This document shows, piece after piece, positions 25,332 through 37,716 of a DNA stretch of 64,000 nt. The DNA is from Malacoraja senta. Taxonomy: Eukaryota. The stretch spans positions 5,706,001 through 5,770,000 of the forward strand of contig CM075994.1 of the NCBI GenBank assembly GCA_038087875.1. Direction: 5' to 3'. Position numbers and translations under genes: made by a program. The first letter of the stretch is position 1. The number at the start of each line of letters is the position of its first letter. The notes under the pieces were generated by a model. It made no database searches. It saw only the letters and a list, made by a program, of their open reading frames with translations, and was not told the origin of the DNA.

Positions 25332-28024
25332 TGTTTATTGTTTTATGTATTATTTTTAACTGTCACTGTGTGTCATGTTGTCGCTTGTAGGCAGAGCACC
25401 AAGGCAAATTCCTTGTATGTGAATACTTGGCCAATAAACTTATTCATTCATTCATTCATTCATACATTCAAGAGGAGGATGCAAACGAAGCAGATCTGGC
25501 GAAAGCTGAACATTGAAAGAGTGGAGGACCCTGCCTCCCTACAGCAAAATCAGTCTTCTCTTGGGGAAGCCTCCAACAGGAATATCCTGATGACATTGAA
25601 GGCAGGAGCGTGCTCAAATCCAATATCCTTTGTCCCTGTAAAAAAACATCTTTGGGTTCAAGTCCAGAAAACACCAGGACTAGTTTGACGAGAAAGACAC
25701 AGAGATAGAGCAGCTTATCGCCAAGAAAAGGAAAGCCTTTTGGGCCTGGTAAAATGACGTAACCTGCAAGGCCTAAAAAGCGGTTCACTCCAGACCCAAT
25801 GCGGACGTCCAGACCCGAGTGAGGGAGCTTAATAACTCATGGTGGACAGATAAGGCTCCGGGAATCCAGAGAATGACAGATTCGGGTGACACCCGAGGCT
25901 TCTTCGGCGCTACTAAGCCGGTCTATGGTCCAAGCTACGGCGGCTTAATCCCCTGTGCTCAAAAGACGGACAAGAACTGCTGAAGGGCAATGAGTCCATT
26001 AACGCCCGAACGAAAGGACACTTCCAGGAAGTCCTCAACGGTGACAGCACAACTGAACCAGATATTACCCACCGCATCCCCCATAGTTCCATCAGAGAAG
26101 AACCTCCCACTATGACAGAGGTTCGAAATGCCATCAAGAGCCTTAAGAACAACAACGTCACCGGTCCAGATTGGATCCCAGCTGAGATCTTAAAGGAAGG
26201 TGGACCGGAGCTCCTGAGCCACATCAAAGCCCTCCTCCTCAATGTCTCCGGAAAAGAAGAACTTCCCTCAGAACTCAGGCATGCTCTAACAGTGACCATA
26301 TTTAAGAAGTGGGACAAGGCTGAATGTGGAAACTACAGAGGCATCTCGCTCCTGTCAACAACAGGAAAAGTCCTTGCTCGTGTCCCCGTCAACCTACTTC
26401 TACCACTGTCTGCGGAGCTACTCCCAGAATCACAGTGTGGCTTCCGCCCATCCAGAGGTACAGCAGACATGATATTCACAGCACGCTAACTCAGGAAAAA
26501 TGCCGTGAGCAAAGCAGCCTTTGTACATGGCCTTCATAGACCTGACAAAGTTTTTGGACTCCGTAGACCGCTAGGCTCTTTGGAGCATACTATCAAGGTA
26601 CGGTTGTCACGACACGTACATCGGAATATTGAGACGTCTACATGATGGCATGTCGGTCTCAGAGCTCAGCAACTGCCGTTCTGAGAACGAGCCCTTCACT
26701 GTGGAAACGGGGGTGAAACACGGATGCATCATCGCATCACCCTGTTTGTCGTTTTCATTACTGCCATACTTCACCTCATTGGTGAGAAAGAGCTGCCACA
26801 GGGGATCCCAATCCTCTAAAGAAATTACGGTGGGCTCTTTAACCTTAATAGTTTGAAGGCGAAGAGCAAAGGCAGTAGCACCGCCATCATTACGCGGATG
26901 ACTGCGCCATTGCAGCACACTCTGCAGAAGACCTCGAGGGCATCCTGAATGCCTTTGCCGAAGCATACAGAGCCATGGGCCTAGCCTTAAATATCAAGAA
27001 GACCCAGGTCCTACATCAACCTCCACCCAACCAGCCGTCTTCCCAACCTACTATAAACGTGGACGACACCACTCTTGAAAACGTTGACCACTTCCCCTAC
27101 CTTGGCAGCATTCTTTCCTCAAAAGCTGACATCGACTCTGAGGTCAACCATCGCCTGAGTTGTGCCATCGGAGCCTACGCCAGACTCAGGAAAAGAGTCT
27201 TTGAAAACCGAGACCTAAAGGCTCAAACAAAATTGCTGGTCTACCAAAACGTTGTCCTCTCCACCCTGTTGTAGGAGCCACGTACCTACAGCAGGTACCT
27301 GAGAGCCATGGAACAATACCATTAAAGATCCTTACGAAAGATTCTGAGGATTAACTGGGAGGACAAACACACCAACATCCGCGTTTCGGAGGAAGCCAAC
27401 ATGACCAGCATCACCAACACTATAATACAGCACCAACTTCGATGGACTGGCCATGTCATCCGCATGTCCAACACACGTCTTTCTAAACAGATCCTGTACT
27501 CTCAATCGAAGGAAGGTCTGCGATCCCCCGTTGGGCCAAAGAAACGCTTCAAGGACAACATCAAGAAGTCTGAAGAAATTCCACATCACATCGAACAACT
27601 GCGAGCACATTGCACTGGACATGCGCAAAGGAGTAAATCCGTGCAGGTATGAGCTGCACATCATGAAATTGAACTACGCCGTGTCATAGAGACAAAGCGA
27701 CAGCACCGTAAAGAGAGAGAGAAGGTGGTTCGACGATTACCAACCACCGCCAGTCTCCACTGCCCACGTTGCACCAAGTTGTGTGGATCGCAGATCGGCC
27801 TCTACAGACATATGCAGACCCACATGTAGACGAACGTATGGAGAGGAGAAGACAGTCATACTCATTTCGAGTGACCGCCGATGATGATGAGGTCTGAGTA
27901 GCATCCGAATCAGTGCAACGGGGAAATTACCTGCAACCTTGAAGTAGGTTACATTGACGAACTCTATGCAGAAAAGTTTCATAACCGTGTAAAATTATTG
28001 TTTAGCAACAACCACAAACAGAAG

Positions 28025-28320
28025 GGATGGCTGTGGAGTAGCGACAGAGTTGCTGTCGTACAGCGTCAGACATCCGGTTTCGATCTTGACTGCGGGTCCT
28101 GTCGGTACGGAGTTTGTATGCTCTCTCCCTGTGTCCGAGTGGGTTTTCGCCGGGTGCTCCAGCTTCATTCCACATTCAATAGGCGTGCAGGTTTATAGAT
28201 TAATTGGATTATTTAAATTATTCCTGGTGTGTAGAATATAACGAGTGTGCGGGTGATCGTTGGTCGTCGCAGAGCAGGTGTGTTGAAGCACATTTTTCCA
28301 CGTCGTATTTCTAAACTAAA
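28025..28320 (+). mobile_element. V-SINE/HE1-like SINE (diverged)
   Basis: ggtttcgatcttgac..gtacggagtttgtatgctctctccctgtg..gtgggttt; ctaaactaaa tail. Confidence 0.8.
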
Positions 28321-28669
28321 GTCAAAGACATACAGATTCTCGCTCGGGATAGTAATCATAATCATAATCATACTGTATTAGCCAAGTATGATTTGCAACT
28401 TAAAAGGAATTTGAAACATACGAGGAAAAATGGGCCAGTTCCATAGTTGGACATTGGGAATTACCATTCAACGGACAGTGGCAGTAAATTTAAAACCAAT
28501 GGAAGATTGAGTCGATTGCTACCGTGTGCTCCCCTATGCTTTGGTTCACAGTAGGTGAGGAAATACTTGACGTGGCTTTCAGCCGTGGAATTTGCAGGAA
28601 CACCACCCGCTGGTGAAATAGCGGTGGATAGGATTCCTAAGAGTTCATCTAAATGTTTATTTTGGAATG

Positions 28670-28915
28670 TAGAAACACGGAACTGCAGATGTTGGTTTAT
28701 CAATAAAAATACGCGAAGTGCGGGAAGAAATTAGCGGTCAGGCAGCCTCTCTGGAGAACATAGCGAGGTGACGTTTCGCGTTGGGCCCCGTTAGGTTGAT
28801 CATTCAAACAGAATCCCGTCTGAGGAGGCGTCTCGACCTGAAATGTCAGCTATACTTCTTCTCCGTGTATGCTGCCTGACCCACTGAGTTACTCTTGCAC
28901 TTTGTGTCTTTGTCT
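28670..28915. mobile_element. Penelope-derived foldback repeat
   Basis: ggaactgcagatg..ggtgacgtttcg..ctgaggaggcgtctcgacctgaaatgtca..gctgcctgaccc. Confidence 0.75.
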
Positions 28916-31678
28916 TATTTTGGAATGCCTGCTTGCTAATCAGTTGCCATTTCAATCGGCTGGTCATATTAATAAAACGCATTGCCTAAGCGTCAGGCAT
29001 CCGAGTAATTGTTTTTTGGCAGACGCAAATTTCATCTCAGAAAATCACATTACTTCGTTTTCTTGTTGCGGAAAAGCATAAAGTCCGACTATGCCTTCTC
29101 CGTTGACAGTGTCGCTAATTATCTTCACGGTTGTTATTCTTAAACTTGCTTATCTTTTGGCTGAGCGCCAAAGAACGCAGACCCTGATCCAATGCCAAGC
29201 TCCTCGCATTGTTAGTTTGATTTGCAATGTCAGCGACAGAAAATGCTAGATCAGAATTAAGTTATTTTCACGTTTGCAATCTGAATACTGGATGCAAGTC
29301 AGTTATAAAAAAGATTTTACGCAGAGGTGAGTCGATATTTTCTTCAATATATTGTGCGATTACAAATACATTATAATAGAGTAAAAGCGTCCCATTTGCA
29401 CCAGCCCAACGCCTTTTTAGCAAATTGAAATGAGGTGATAAATTTGGACACAGCTGGTGCTCAGGAATTCATTTGGGTTCAATTGTAGACCAAATGATTT
29501 TTTCATAGACTAAGTTTTCAATAGCAATTAAATGGCGTGGTTTAGTTAACATTTCTACTTAGATTTCCAAGCTGTTAAATGCTCGCATTTCCCACACAGC
29601 TTCAGCTTTTTAGCATTCAGTAAAATCATCAGTGGGAGGCTTGGATGTCAAGAATCGCAGAGCTTGATATTTGGAGAAAAATAAACATAAATTCGTTATT
29701 AACATTTGGATCAACTTCAAAAATATCTACTTTTACGTTTGCATATAATGAACTGTTTGTACAATCACACTAATCGGCGCTTAATAACTTGGAATCCCTT
29801 GATTACTTCCATTAATAAGTCGCGCAACACCGGGACTATTAATAAATTTTAATTAAAGTGTATGAAATTCATGGGAAATGACAATGCAATGATTTGACAA
29901 AGTGTTCGGTATATGAAAGGGCCATTAGGTACAAATGACCACAAAAAATTCAGGTAAAAAATTATGGAAGCCCATGGACACATTATGTGACAGTAACATT
30001 CAGTAACCGCAATAATTCAAAATTTCTATTTAATTATAGCAAAGGCAGCATTCCCCTTTATGATTCGCAGACATGTTTTTTTCTTCACGGTACTCACTTG
30101 CAATCTGTAATAATGGACTTCTTTGAGTTATGGGGCTTTCGCATAATGCAATGTTTACAAGTTTGAAGAAAAGGAATTGAATCCCAGAGTTTGCATTTAC
30201 TCATAATCTATCATTGTTACGTAACGATATGAGTGTTTCAACTCTGCTAGAATTATGTCATATTTTCCTCCTTCTCATTCAATGTCTCAAACAATGTGCT
30301 CTCCATAACCTTAAAGAAACCGATTAGGAGAGTTTCTGTCCGGCTCAAGTGTATTACATATAATCAGTTATAATTAATCACCATAAATTCGCATCACATT
30401 TCCCCTATTGCAATCAGTAAACAAAGAATAGACGATTGAACGAATGTTTAATGTATTAAACAGTACTGAATTCCTCACTAAATATCGAGGCCCTGCTACA
30501 TATTTCTCTGTTCACATGAGACCAATGATTGAAAAGTGTAGTGGTATCGTACCTCAGTAATTGAGCAGCTAAAGTCTGGAAACTGCACCTAAATTGTGCA
30601 TTCGTTACAAGGCAGGGTAATATGTTACATTCAAGTTAGCAGTCCTGTTACTTATTTTGTAACTGGTATCAGGGATGGCGAGTGTGAAGTTAATGGAGTG
30701 ACGAAAACATGTTGCTGTTCAATTCATTTGATCGTTCTGTAATACTTACAGCCCTTGGGAATTCAAACTCCCAAACTCTAGTCTTTACTTCTTCTCTTAA
30801 TGGGCTCGTTTGAGGGCAGTTAGCAACGGGCAATATGTGTCGGCGGACCAACGATGCCCACATCCATTGGCAAAACTAAATGCATTCTATGTAGCTGCAT
30901 GATTTTCTCGATTGCTAGAATATAGACCAATTGCAATATATAACCTTCTATTTCAGCCCCTGTGCCATTTTACTATCCCGTAGTCACAATGTAGGCTGAA
31001 GGTCTAACACACTCGCATACCCCGTCAGATATAAAAACTGTCCAATTACACGAGTTCTTCTTTAAAATATAAACGTCAACGTTTACGACGTTAAACTTCT
31101 TACAGTATGTTCGACGGTAACCACCATCTTTAATAAATTAACGTGGATTAATTGATGCGTTAATTTATTACGGGTATTTTCCAATTTTATTGCTGATTCT
31201 CAGCAGTTAAACGATCAACAGAATAAGCTGAAAGTAATCTGATTTACTATAAAAATGTAAAATCACATGGGAAATGTTCTGCAAATGTCATTTCATTTTC
31301 ATGTCAGCATCGCATCTATCCCGTGGTAGACGTATCAAGCATTTTATGTAATGTCGGGATATATGTGAGCAACTAGGTTTATTCGATATCCAATATAAAT
31401 ACACCACATCGACGGAGCTGAAATTAGCCACGATTTTCAATCTCGTATAATGAAATGACGTAACACTGACGAAGGTGATTACTTATATGGTTACCCTGCT
31501 AGACATATCGGTATTGAAATTCTGTCTGCCAGTTATAATATTTTAACCGATAATATATCGAGGTTGTAATTTTAAAATATGAATTCATATTGCTCTGTTG
31601 CTAAAAGCAAAAGACAATTAAAATGCATTGTTGCAAATCCGCTTCGATGTATATATTCTTAGAGAAATAAATTAGATT

Positions 31679-34101
31679 TGTAGATCAAACAGTATTGCTG
31701 ATTCGATCTGTGTCTAGATTTGCTGCTGACCTGATCCATAATCCATGTCAAGTTTCCACAACACCACCTAGTGTCATGCGGGCAGCCAATAGACAATAGA
31801 CAATAGGTGCAGGAGTAGGCCATTCGGCCCTTCGAGCCAGCACCGCCATTCAATGTAATCATGGCTGATCATCCGCAATTAGTACCCCGTTCCTGCCTTC
31901 TCCACATTTCCCCTGACTCCGCTATCTGTAAGAGCCCTATCTAGCTATCTCTTGAAAGTATCCAGTGAACCGGCCTTTACCGCCCTCTGAGGCAGAGAAT
32001 TCCACAGACTCACAACTCGCAGTGAGAACAAGTGTTTACCCCTTATTATTAAACTATGGCCCCTGGTTCTGGACTCCCCAACATCGGGAACATGTTTCCT
32101 GCCTCTAGCATGTCCAAAGCCTTAATAATCTTATATTTTCAATAACATCCCCTCTCACCCTTCTAAACTCCAGAGTATACAAGCCCAGCCGCTCAATTCT
32201 CTCAGCATGTGGCAGTCCCGCCATCCCGGGAATTAAGCTCACGATTTTGGATTCCTCTATAAGATCACTCCTCGTCCTCTTACGCTCCAGGGAATAAACG
32301 ACCAGCCTTCTCAACCTCTCCCTATAGCTCAGGCCCTCGTGTCATGGCGGTAGAATGGCCCAGCTGCTGCCTTACAGCTCCAGGGACCACTGTGTTAGTT
32401 AGTTCAACTTACGACTCCGACACATTTCGATGGTCTCTGTATGTATTCTAATTAAAATAGTTATTATGGTATATAATGACTATGCACCTATAGTACTTCG
32501 CACATAGTGGCAGAAGTGAGATTTTCGTTCCACTTTGGCTGTTATTTCCAATGCTTTTCATAGACTCAGACATGCCTGAAGCTTTCCAAAAACTTGACCC
32601 ACTTGTTTTCGAAAGTAAAATTGGCAGCGGTGGCGTAGCTTTGAACGACAGTATGATTTGTTCATTACTGCAACTTCTCATGATAAGCCGTCAATTGTCC
32701 GTGCAAGCATGCCCCTTCTCCTCGCAGAAGATTAAGCTTAAGAACGAACGAGCATAACAGTTTGTGTCTGCTGAGGCAATAACTGATCAACCTGCCGATG
32801 GTGGAGAGCCAATCGTGACCCCGGCTGAATCGGCAGATGACCCGGAGTGTCTGAAGAGGAGATTACGACAATTGTGTGACCCTCAAGTTGATCCATTCAT
32901 CGAACGCGTGAAATATTTCTCAATATACCAGAATGAGGGTTAAACTATTGAATCGTTTGTGTTTGCAATAAAAGAAAGCTGCAGGAACTTGCAGATTTGG
33001 CGATCTCAAAGACGTGTTCATTAGAGGACGGTCTGTGTGTGGTTTTCTCAATGACAAGCTGAGAAGAAAGTTCGACCGCGACCCTGCAATAACTCTGGAT
33101 AGAGCTATATCGGTCTGTGAGAATTACAGGCTGTCGATTCGCAATTCTCAAACGCTCAATCAATCATATATATCTGGCTGACATCTTATCCCCTGCTCCC
33201 AGGAGGTCGAGCACCAGGCACACATCAGAAATAGACACGTTTGACATTATGGCAATTGATGTCACTCGTCCTTCACATCTGGGTACTTTGGTGGTTCGTA
33301 CGACAGAAGATGCAACTCAATAGATGCTTGCCTCAGTCATCAATCGCGGATGGCCTGGCAATCAGCATTAGCGTCCGCTCGCTGTTCGGCCTTACTTTTC
33401 TGTCCGAGACGAACTGGCCATTGAAGGTGGGATTGTAAATAAGTGCCACAAGAGAGTGATCCCGGCTTTACTCCAACAGAAGTGCTTTGACGCCGTACAC
33501 AGATGTCATCCTGGCTCTGAAGCTACGGTGCATCGAGCAAAAAGCATGTGTTTCTGGCCTGCAATGTCAGATTATATACGCCAGAGGGTGCAGTCCTGTG
33601 CTGTGTGCAACATCATGGCTCCTTATCAACAGAAAGAACCCCTTTGCAGCACCCGTTTCCTGACTTGCCGTGGTCTATGGTGGCTACTGTCAATTTCTAC
33701 AGACGTCGCAATCAATCCTTGATCCTGGTTGAATCTTACTCTGGGTAGTTTGAGATCGATCTGATCCCCTCCCCATTCCTTTACTGTAGATGATGGTTAA
33801 TTGTATAGCTTTATATACATATTACTTCTGCAAGCTTTACGTTTGCCCTCTTGGCTAAAGCCCAAGAAAGGGAATATAGATCAAAGAGTATTGCTGATTG
33901 GATCCGTGTCTTATTTTGCTGCTGACCTGATCCATAATCCATGTCAGGCTGCCACACTACCTCGTGGCCTGCGGGCAGCCATGTTAGTTAGTTCATCTTA
34001 CGACTCCGAGCCTACAGTACACATTTCGATGGTCTCTGTGTGTATTCTAATTAAAGAACATATTATGATATATAATGACTGTATCAATAATACTTTGCAC
34101 A
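31679..34101 (+). mobile_element. Internally deleted Gypsy element with two diverged LTRs
   Basis: LTR1 31679-32504 (split by CR1/SINE at ~31788-32390) matches LTR2 33875-34101; PBS-like tagtggcagaagtg; PPT aagaaagggaa; integrase HHCC HRCHPG...CAVC at 33456-33722. Confidence 0.85.
31788..32340 (-). mobile_element. CR1 3' fragments inserted in the Gypsy LTR
   Basis: (AATAGAC)n tail; LIPGMAGLPHAERIERLGLYTLEFRR. Confidence 0.9.
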
Positions 34102-37100
34102 GATATCCTGAGTTAGTTTAGTGGAATTGTAAATCTGTATAATTCCCCATAGTTTGACCTAATATGCTAGTCAGTTCAGGATCAAAATCATAGATATTTA
34201 AACGTAATAAAATTAGTCATGGATTTTCATTAAATGAGTGAATTATACATCACCCCGGCAGAAATGACTGGACAATGAATGCGACACGCATGGCCAAGAT
34301 TTTGTGAGTGCTTTGCTTTAATTGACAATTGTTGTGCTATCAAAATTGGCCAAAGTACTAACTTTGGTATAAAAAATCAAAATGTATCCAGTTTAGAGAT
34401 GAGAACGTTGATGACACACAAGTTCTGGCCATGAGTGTTATCTTCATTTCTGTAAAAAAAAACTTCCTGTGGAAAAAAATCTATTTACAGCTTGAAAAAC
34501 ACAAGTTCTCTTAAACTCTTGATGACACAGGTTATTGGCATTCACTGCTTTTTTTTTTCCCCTCACAATTAAAGCAATCCGAATTCATATGCTTCCATGC
34601 GATCTTGGGTCTATGAGCAAGAAGAACATTGCGTGCATTTTCGAAATTGGCTCTGCACTCTCTATTATCGCAGACTGTTCATTCTGGCGGCTCTGATCCA
34701 ACCACGTTGACGAGCAGACACTAAGGATGAAAAGGAAATTTCAACAATAGTGGGCTTTTAGACTTTAAGAGTACCATTGTTGATCGAGATTTCTAAAACT
34801 CAAATATATGTATTTAACTGACCGTAACTTCCCAGTTTAGAAAATAACATATTCCGTAACGTCTCTTGATAATTATTGCGTGTCTGGGCATTATATTATC
34901 GCTAAAAGTTCTAGTCATAACTATATTACACTGTTTGACGTGAGTAACAAAAGCTGCACATTCGATAGATATATGTTCGATAAATTGGGAAGTGATAGGA
35001 AATGGATACATGTACAAGGTTTGCTTTCCATTGAATATTCATCCCGATTCACCATTTTCTGTTATTGTTGTTGAATTGGACGGAATTGGTGGTATTTGCC
35101 CATCTGTCTACTACCAGTGGAGGGATCAACGTCACAGAACTGGTTCAGAGATGTTGGCTCTTAAAATACTCACGGTTTGTGCAGAATAGCATATTTTTTC
35201 TGAAACATTTCCCCATGTTTTATGCGTGACTAACTTAAAACAATCACATTGCAAACGTTGGAAGGTTTAGCACTGAGAACGCAGTCATTATTGGCTAAAA
35301 TGTAAATGAACATTCCTGGAAGTCAATATCGAGATCGGTCATTTTTTTAAATTTTCTACATCGTACAAATTGAGGAAATCTTCGAACATTCAATCTATAC
35401 TACGAGAGAATGGTTTCTTCTTCACCAGGACCTGTAGTGACCATGTTTCATTAAACCCAGATTACCGAAATTGAATATTTACTTATAGTGTCATTGTTAA
35501 CGGTCCACGGGATCATGAAAACGACAGATATGATGAACAATAATATGCTTATCAGTGAGGGTTTGTTTGTTAGTTCTCTATATGTGGCCGATGGATGGAA
35601 TAATGCACAATTGGGTAACTTAAATCACCACCAGGTTTGTGGCGATGGGTAAAACCAAGTGCTCATGAGTTGAGGATGAGCGTGAGGCGAAAGGGAGCAG
35701 GAACAACGTCGGAGTGGAGTGGAGTGGTAGACAAAACGGACGTTTGATTGCAGACAAGCCGACATTTAACGATGCTTAGACATTGAAAAATCACGACTAG
35801 GACTAATGCAGGTTTAAAGTGAATTTGCATAGATGTATCGCCACTTACGGATGTAGAACTTCCGAGACCGTTTGCTAAATACAGTCACCACAGGTTAGCG
35901 ATATCGGTAAAAGCGAAGCCATATTCACCCCAAATGGTGAAATGCTCGACTGCTCTGGAGAAGAATCGTACCAAGAAACATGAGCGGGACAGGTGGCTCT
36001 CTGCTGCAAGTTGCCCAGTATGACAGGAGAAAGAAAATAGATCTCCACGAATAATTCGAAAAAATATAAAAGAGCAATAATGGGTGGTGTCCTTTATCAA
36101 CACGGAGGCTATGGGAGATATGTAAGTTGGAAAATGGGGGGAACACGAAAACGTACATAGCGAAGGTTTTATGGGCTGTATATTGTGACATCAACGAATA
36201 GGGAAGCGTAATTTATTAAATTGGTTCCGCGAAATAAAGTGGAATTAGAACACTGTGGAAGAATTGAAGTTCGTGTGGCAGCGGTGATGAATATACGAGA
36301 CCAACAAAATATGGAAAGTAAAACAAAGTTGATATTTCAGGTTGAATGATAAGGGCCCTTGGGTTGGAATGTTAACTGTTTCTTTTCTACATCTTCTAAC
36401 TGCCCTTCCGATGTTTTCTAGAACATTTTCGTTTTATTTCTGAATCCCAGCATTAGCATTTTTCTCATAATGGAAATACAATTAGGATTGGAGTTGCAAT
36501 AAAAAGGGAAGAAAGGATCAAAGATGAAGGTGTTTAACTGGAAGCGAGATTTATCAGAGACTCGTGACATGAAAGCGAAACAAGAATTATGTTTTAAATT
36601 ATGCGAAATGCTGAAAAAAATTGCGGTCAATCAAGGCGGTAACACATCATTTTTGGAACATATTCATATCCATGACATCAACTGGATCAACAGGTAGCAT
36701 TAAATTTTTTGTCGAGAAAATTGAGTGAGATCCAAATGAAATTAAAATTCGAGGTGAAAAAAAGGCAAATTATCCATTGGAGTGATTGTAAATTGGAAAG
36801 AAGTAAGAGAAACACATATGACCTAGCTAGAAACATGTTTTGTCCATACAGAATGAATATCGGTCTGATAAAGTAGATAAAGGGAGAATGAGTCGCACAA
36901 TTGATGGTTAACTTTTTATCGACGGTGAACAATAAAGAACTGGATTGTTAAACTCTCAGAACACGGTCAGTAATAAATTATGCGGTTGCAACGAATTTGG
37001 TTCAGATGAGGAAGTCACATTTAAGTATTATAAATTATTTTTCTTTCTGCGAAAACATTTCTTCGCATGTGGTAGTGAATCTCAGAAAAGTTGCTCTCCG

Positions 37101-37299
37101 AATTGTTGTGGATGTACTGTAGATAAGCGGGGTTACGTAATAAGGATTAGGATACATTTTTGGAAGGTCGGATTATTAATAGTTCATGGGATGTGTCTCG
37201 GAAGAGGTGGCGAGGCCAGGAACAAATCAGACTATCAAATCGAATGGCAAAGTAAGCTGGAGGGGACATGTGGTCTACACATGTTCAAATGTTATTATA

Positions 37300-37556
37300 C
37301 TCATTTATGTGGTGGATAGAAGAAAGGGCAAACGATACGAAATAGGATATCCAGACTTTCAGATGACTTTGATAAAGCGGCACATTAACTGTTACAACAT
37401 AAGTATAATTGGAAGGAACATATTGGTGTAATTAGAAATTAGGCAGAAAACGGAAAGCAGTGAGTAGCCTTGCCTGTGTTACCTTTTTTCAGTTTGGCAG
37501 GATGCAATATTCGGTGCTCGCGCCTCAAGTGCTTACAATTTATATTCACGATTAGC
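37300..37556 (+). mobile_element. Ancient CR1 RT relic (may extend upstream to ~35600)
   Basis: gactttcagatgactttgataaagcggcacat resembles DFQKAFDKVPH; tcggtgctcgcgcctcaagtgcttacaatttatattcacgat resembles SVLGPQLFTIYIND. Confidence 0.65.
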
Positions 37557-37596
37557 CTGACGGCCCTTTAATACGTCCTTTCAATTCTTCCCCTCC

Positions 37597-37677
37597 CATA
37601 TAACCATATAACCATATAACCATATAACCATAACAGCACGGAAACAGGCCATCTCGGCCCTTCAAGTCCGTGCCGAA

Positions 37678-37716
<39 letters not shown>

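Larger units (their letters stand above)
23364..25467 (+). mobile_element. Rex1/Babar LINE 3' fragment nested in RTE, split by a Helitron
   Basis: RKRAGKIISDPSHPGH..LLSG; 3' end aaattccttgtatgtgaatacttggccaataaa + (ATTC)n; TSD tcaagagga at 23355-23363 and 25468-25476. Confidence 0.85.
21910..27890 (+). mobile_element. Near full-length RTE-clade LINE (decayed), interrupted by nested insertions
   Basis: 5' UTR tcaccttgtcatggtgg; MNFGAWIARTLMD (APE start, 22595); GYTFCWKG; NYRGISLLS; LPESQCGFRP; ENVDHFPYLGS; QLRWTGHVIRM; C-terminal C2H2; (GAT)n tail. Confidence 0.93.

Noticed and set aside
29040..29332. ISRE-like acttcgttttc and strong donor GAG|gtgagt suggesting a first exon
   Set aside because: Short motifs expected by chance; no linked downstream coding exon found
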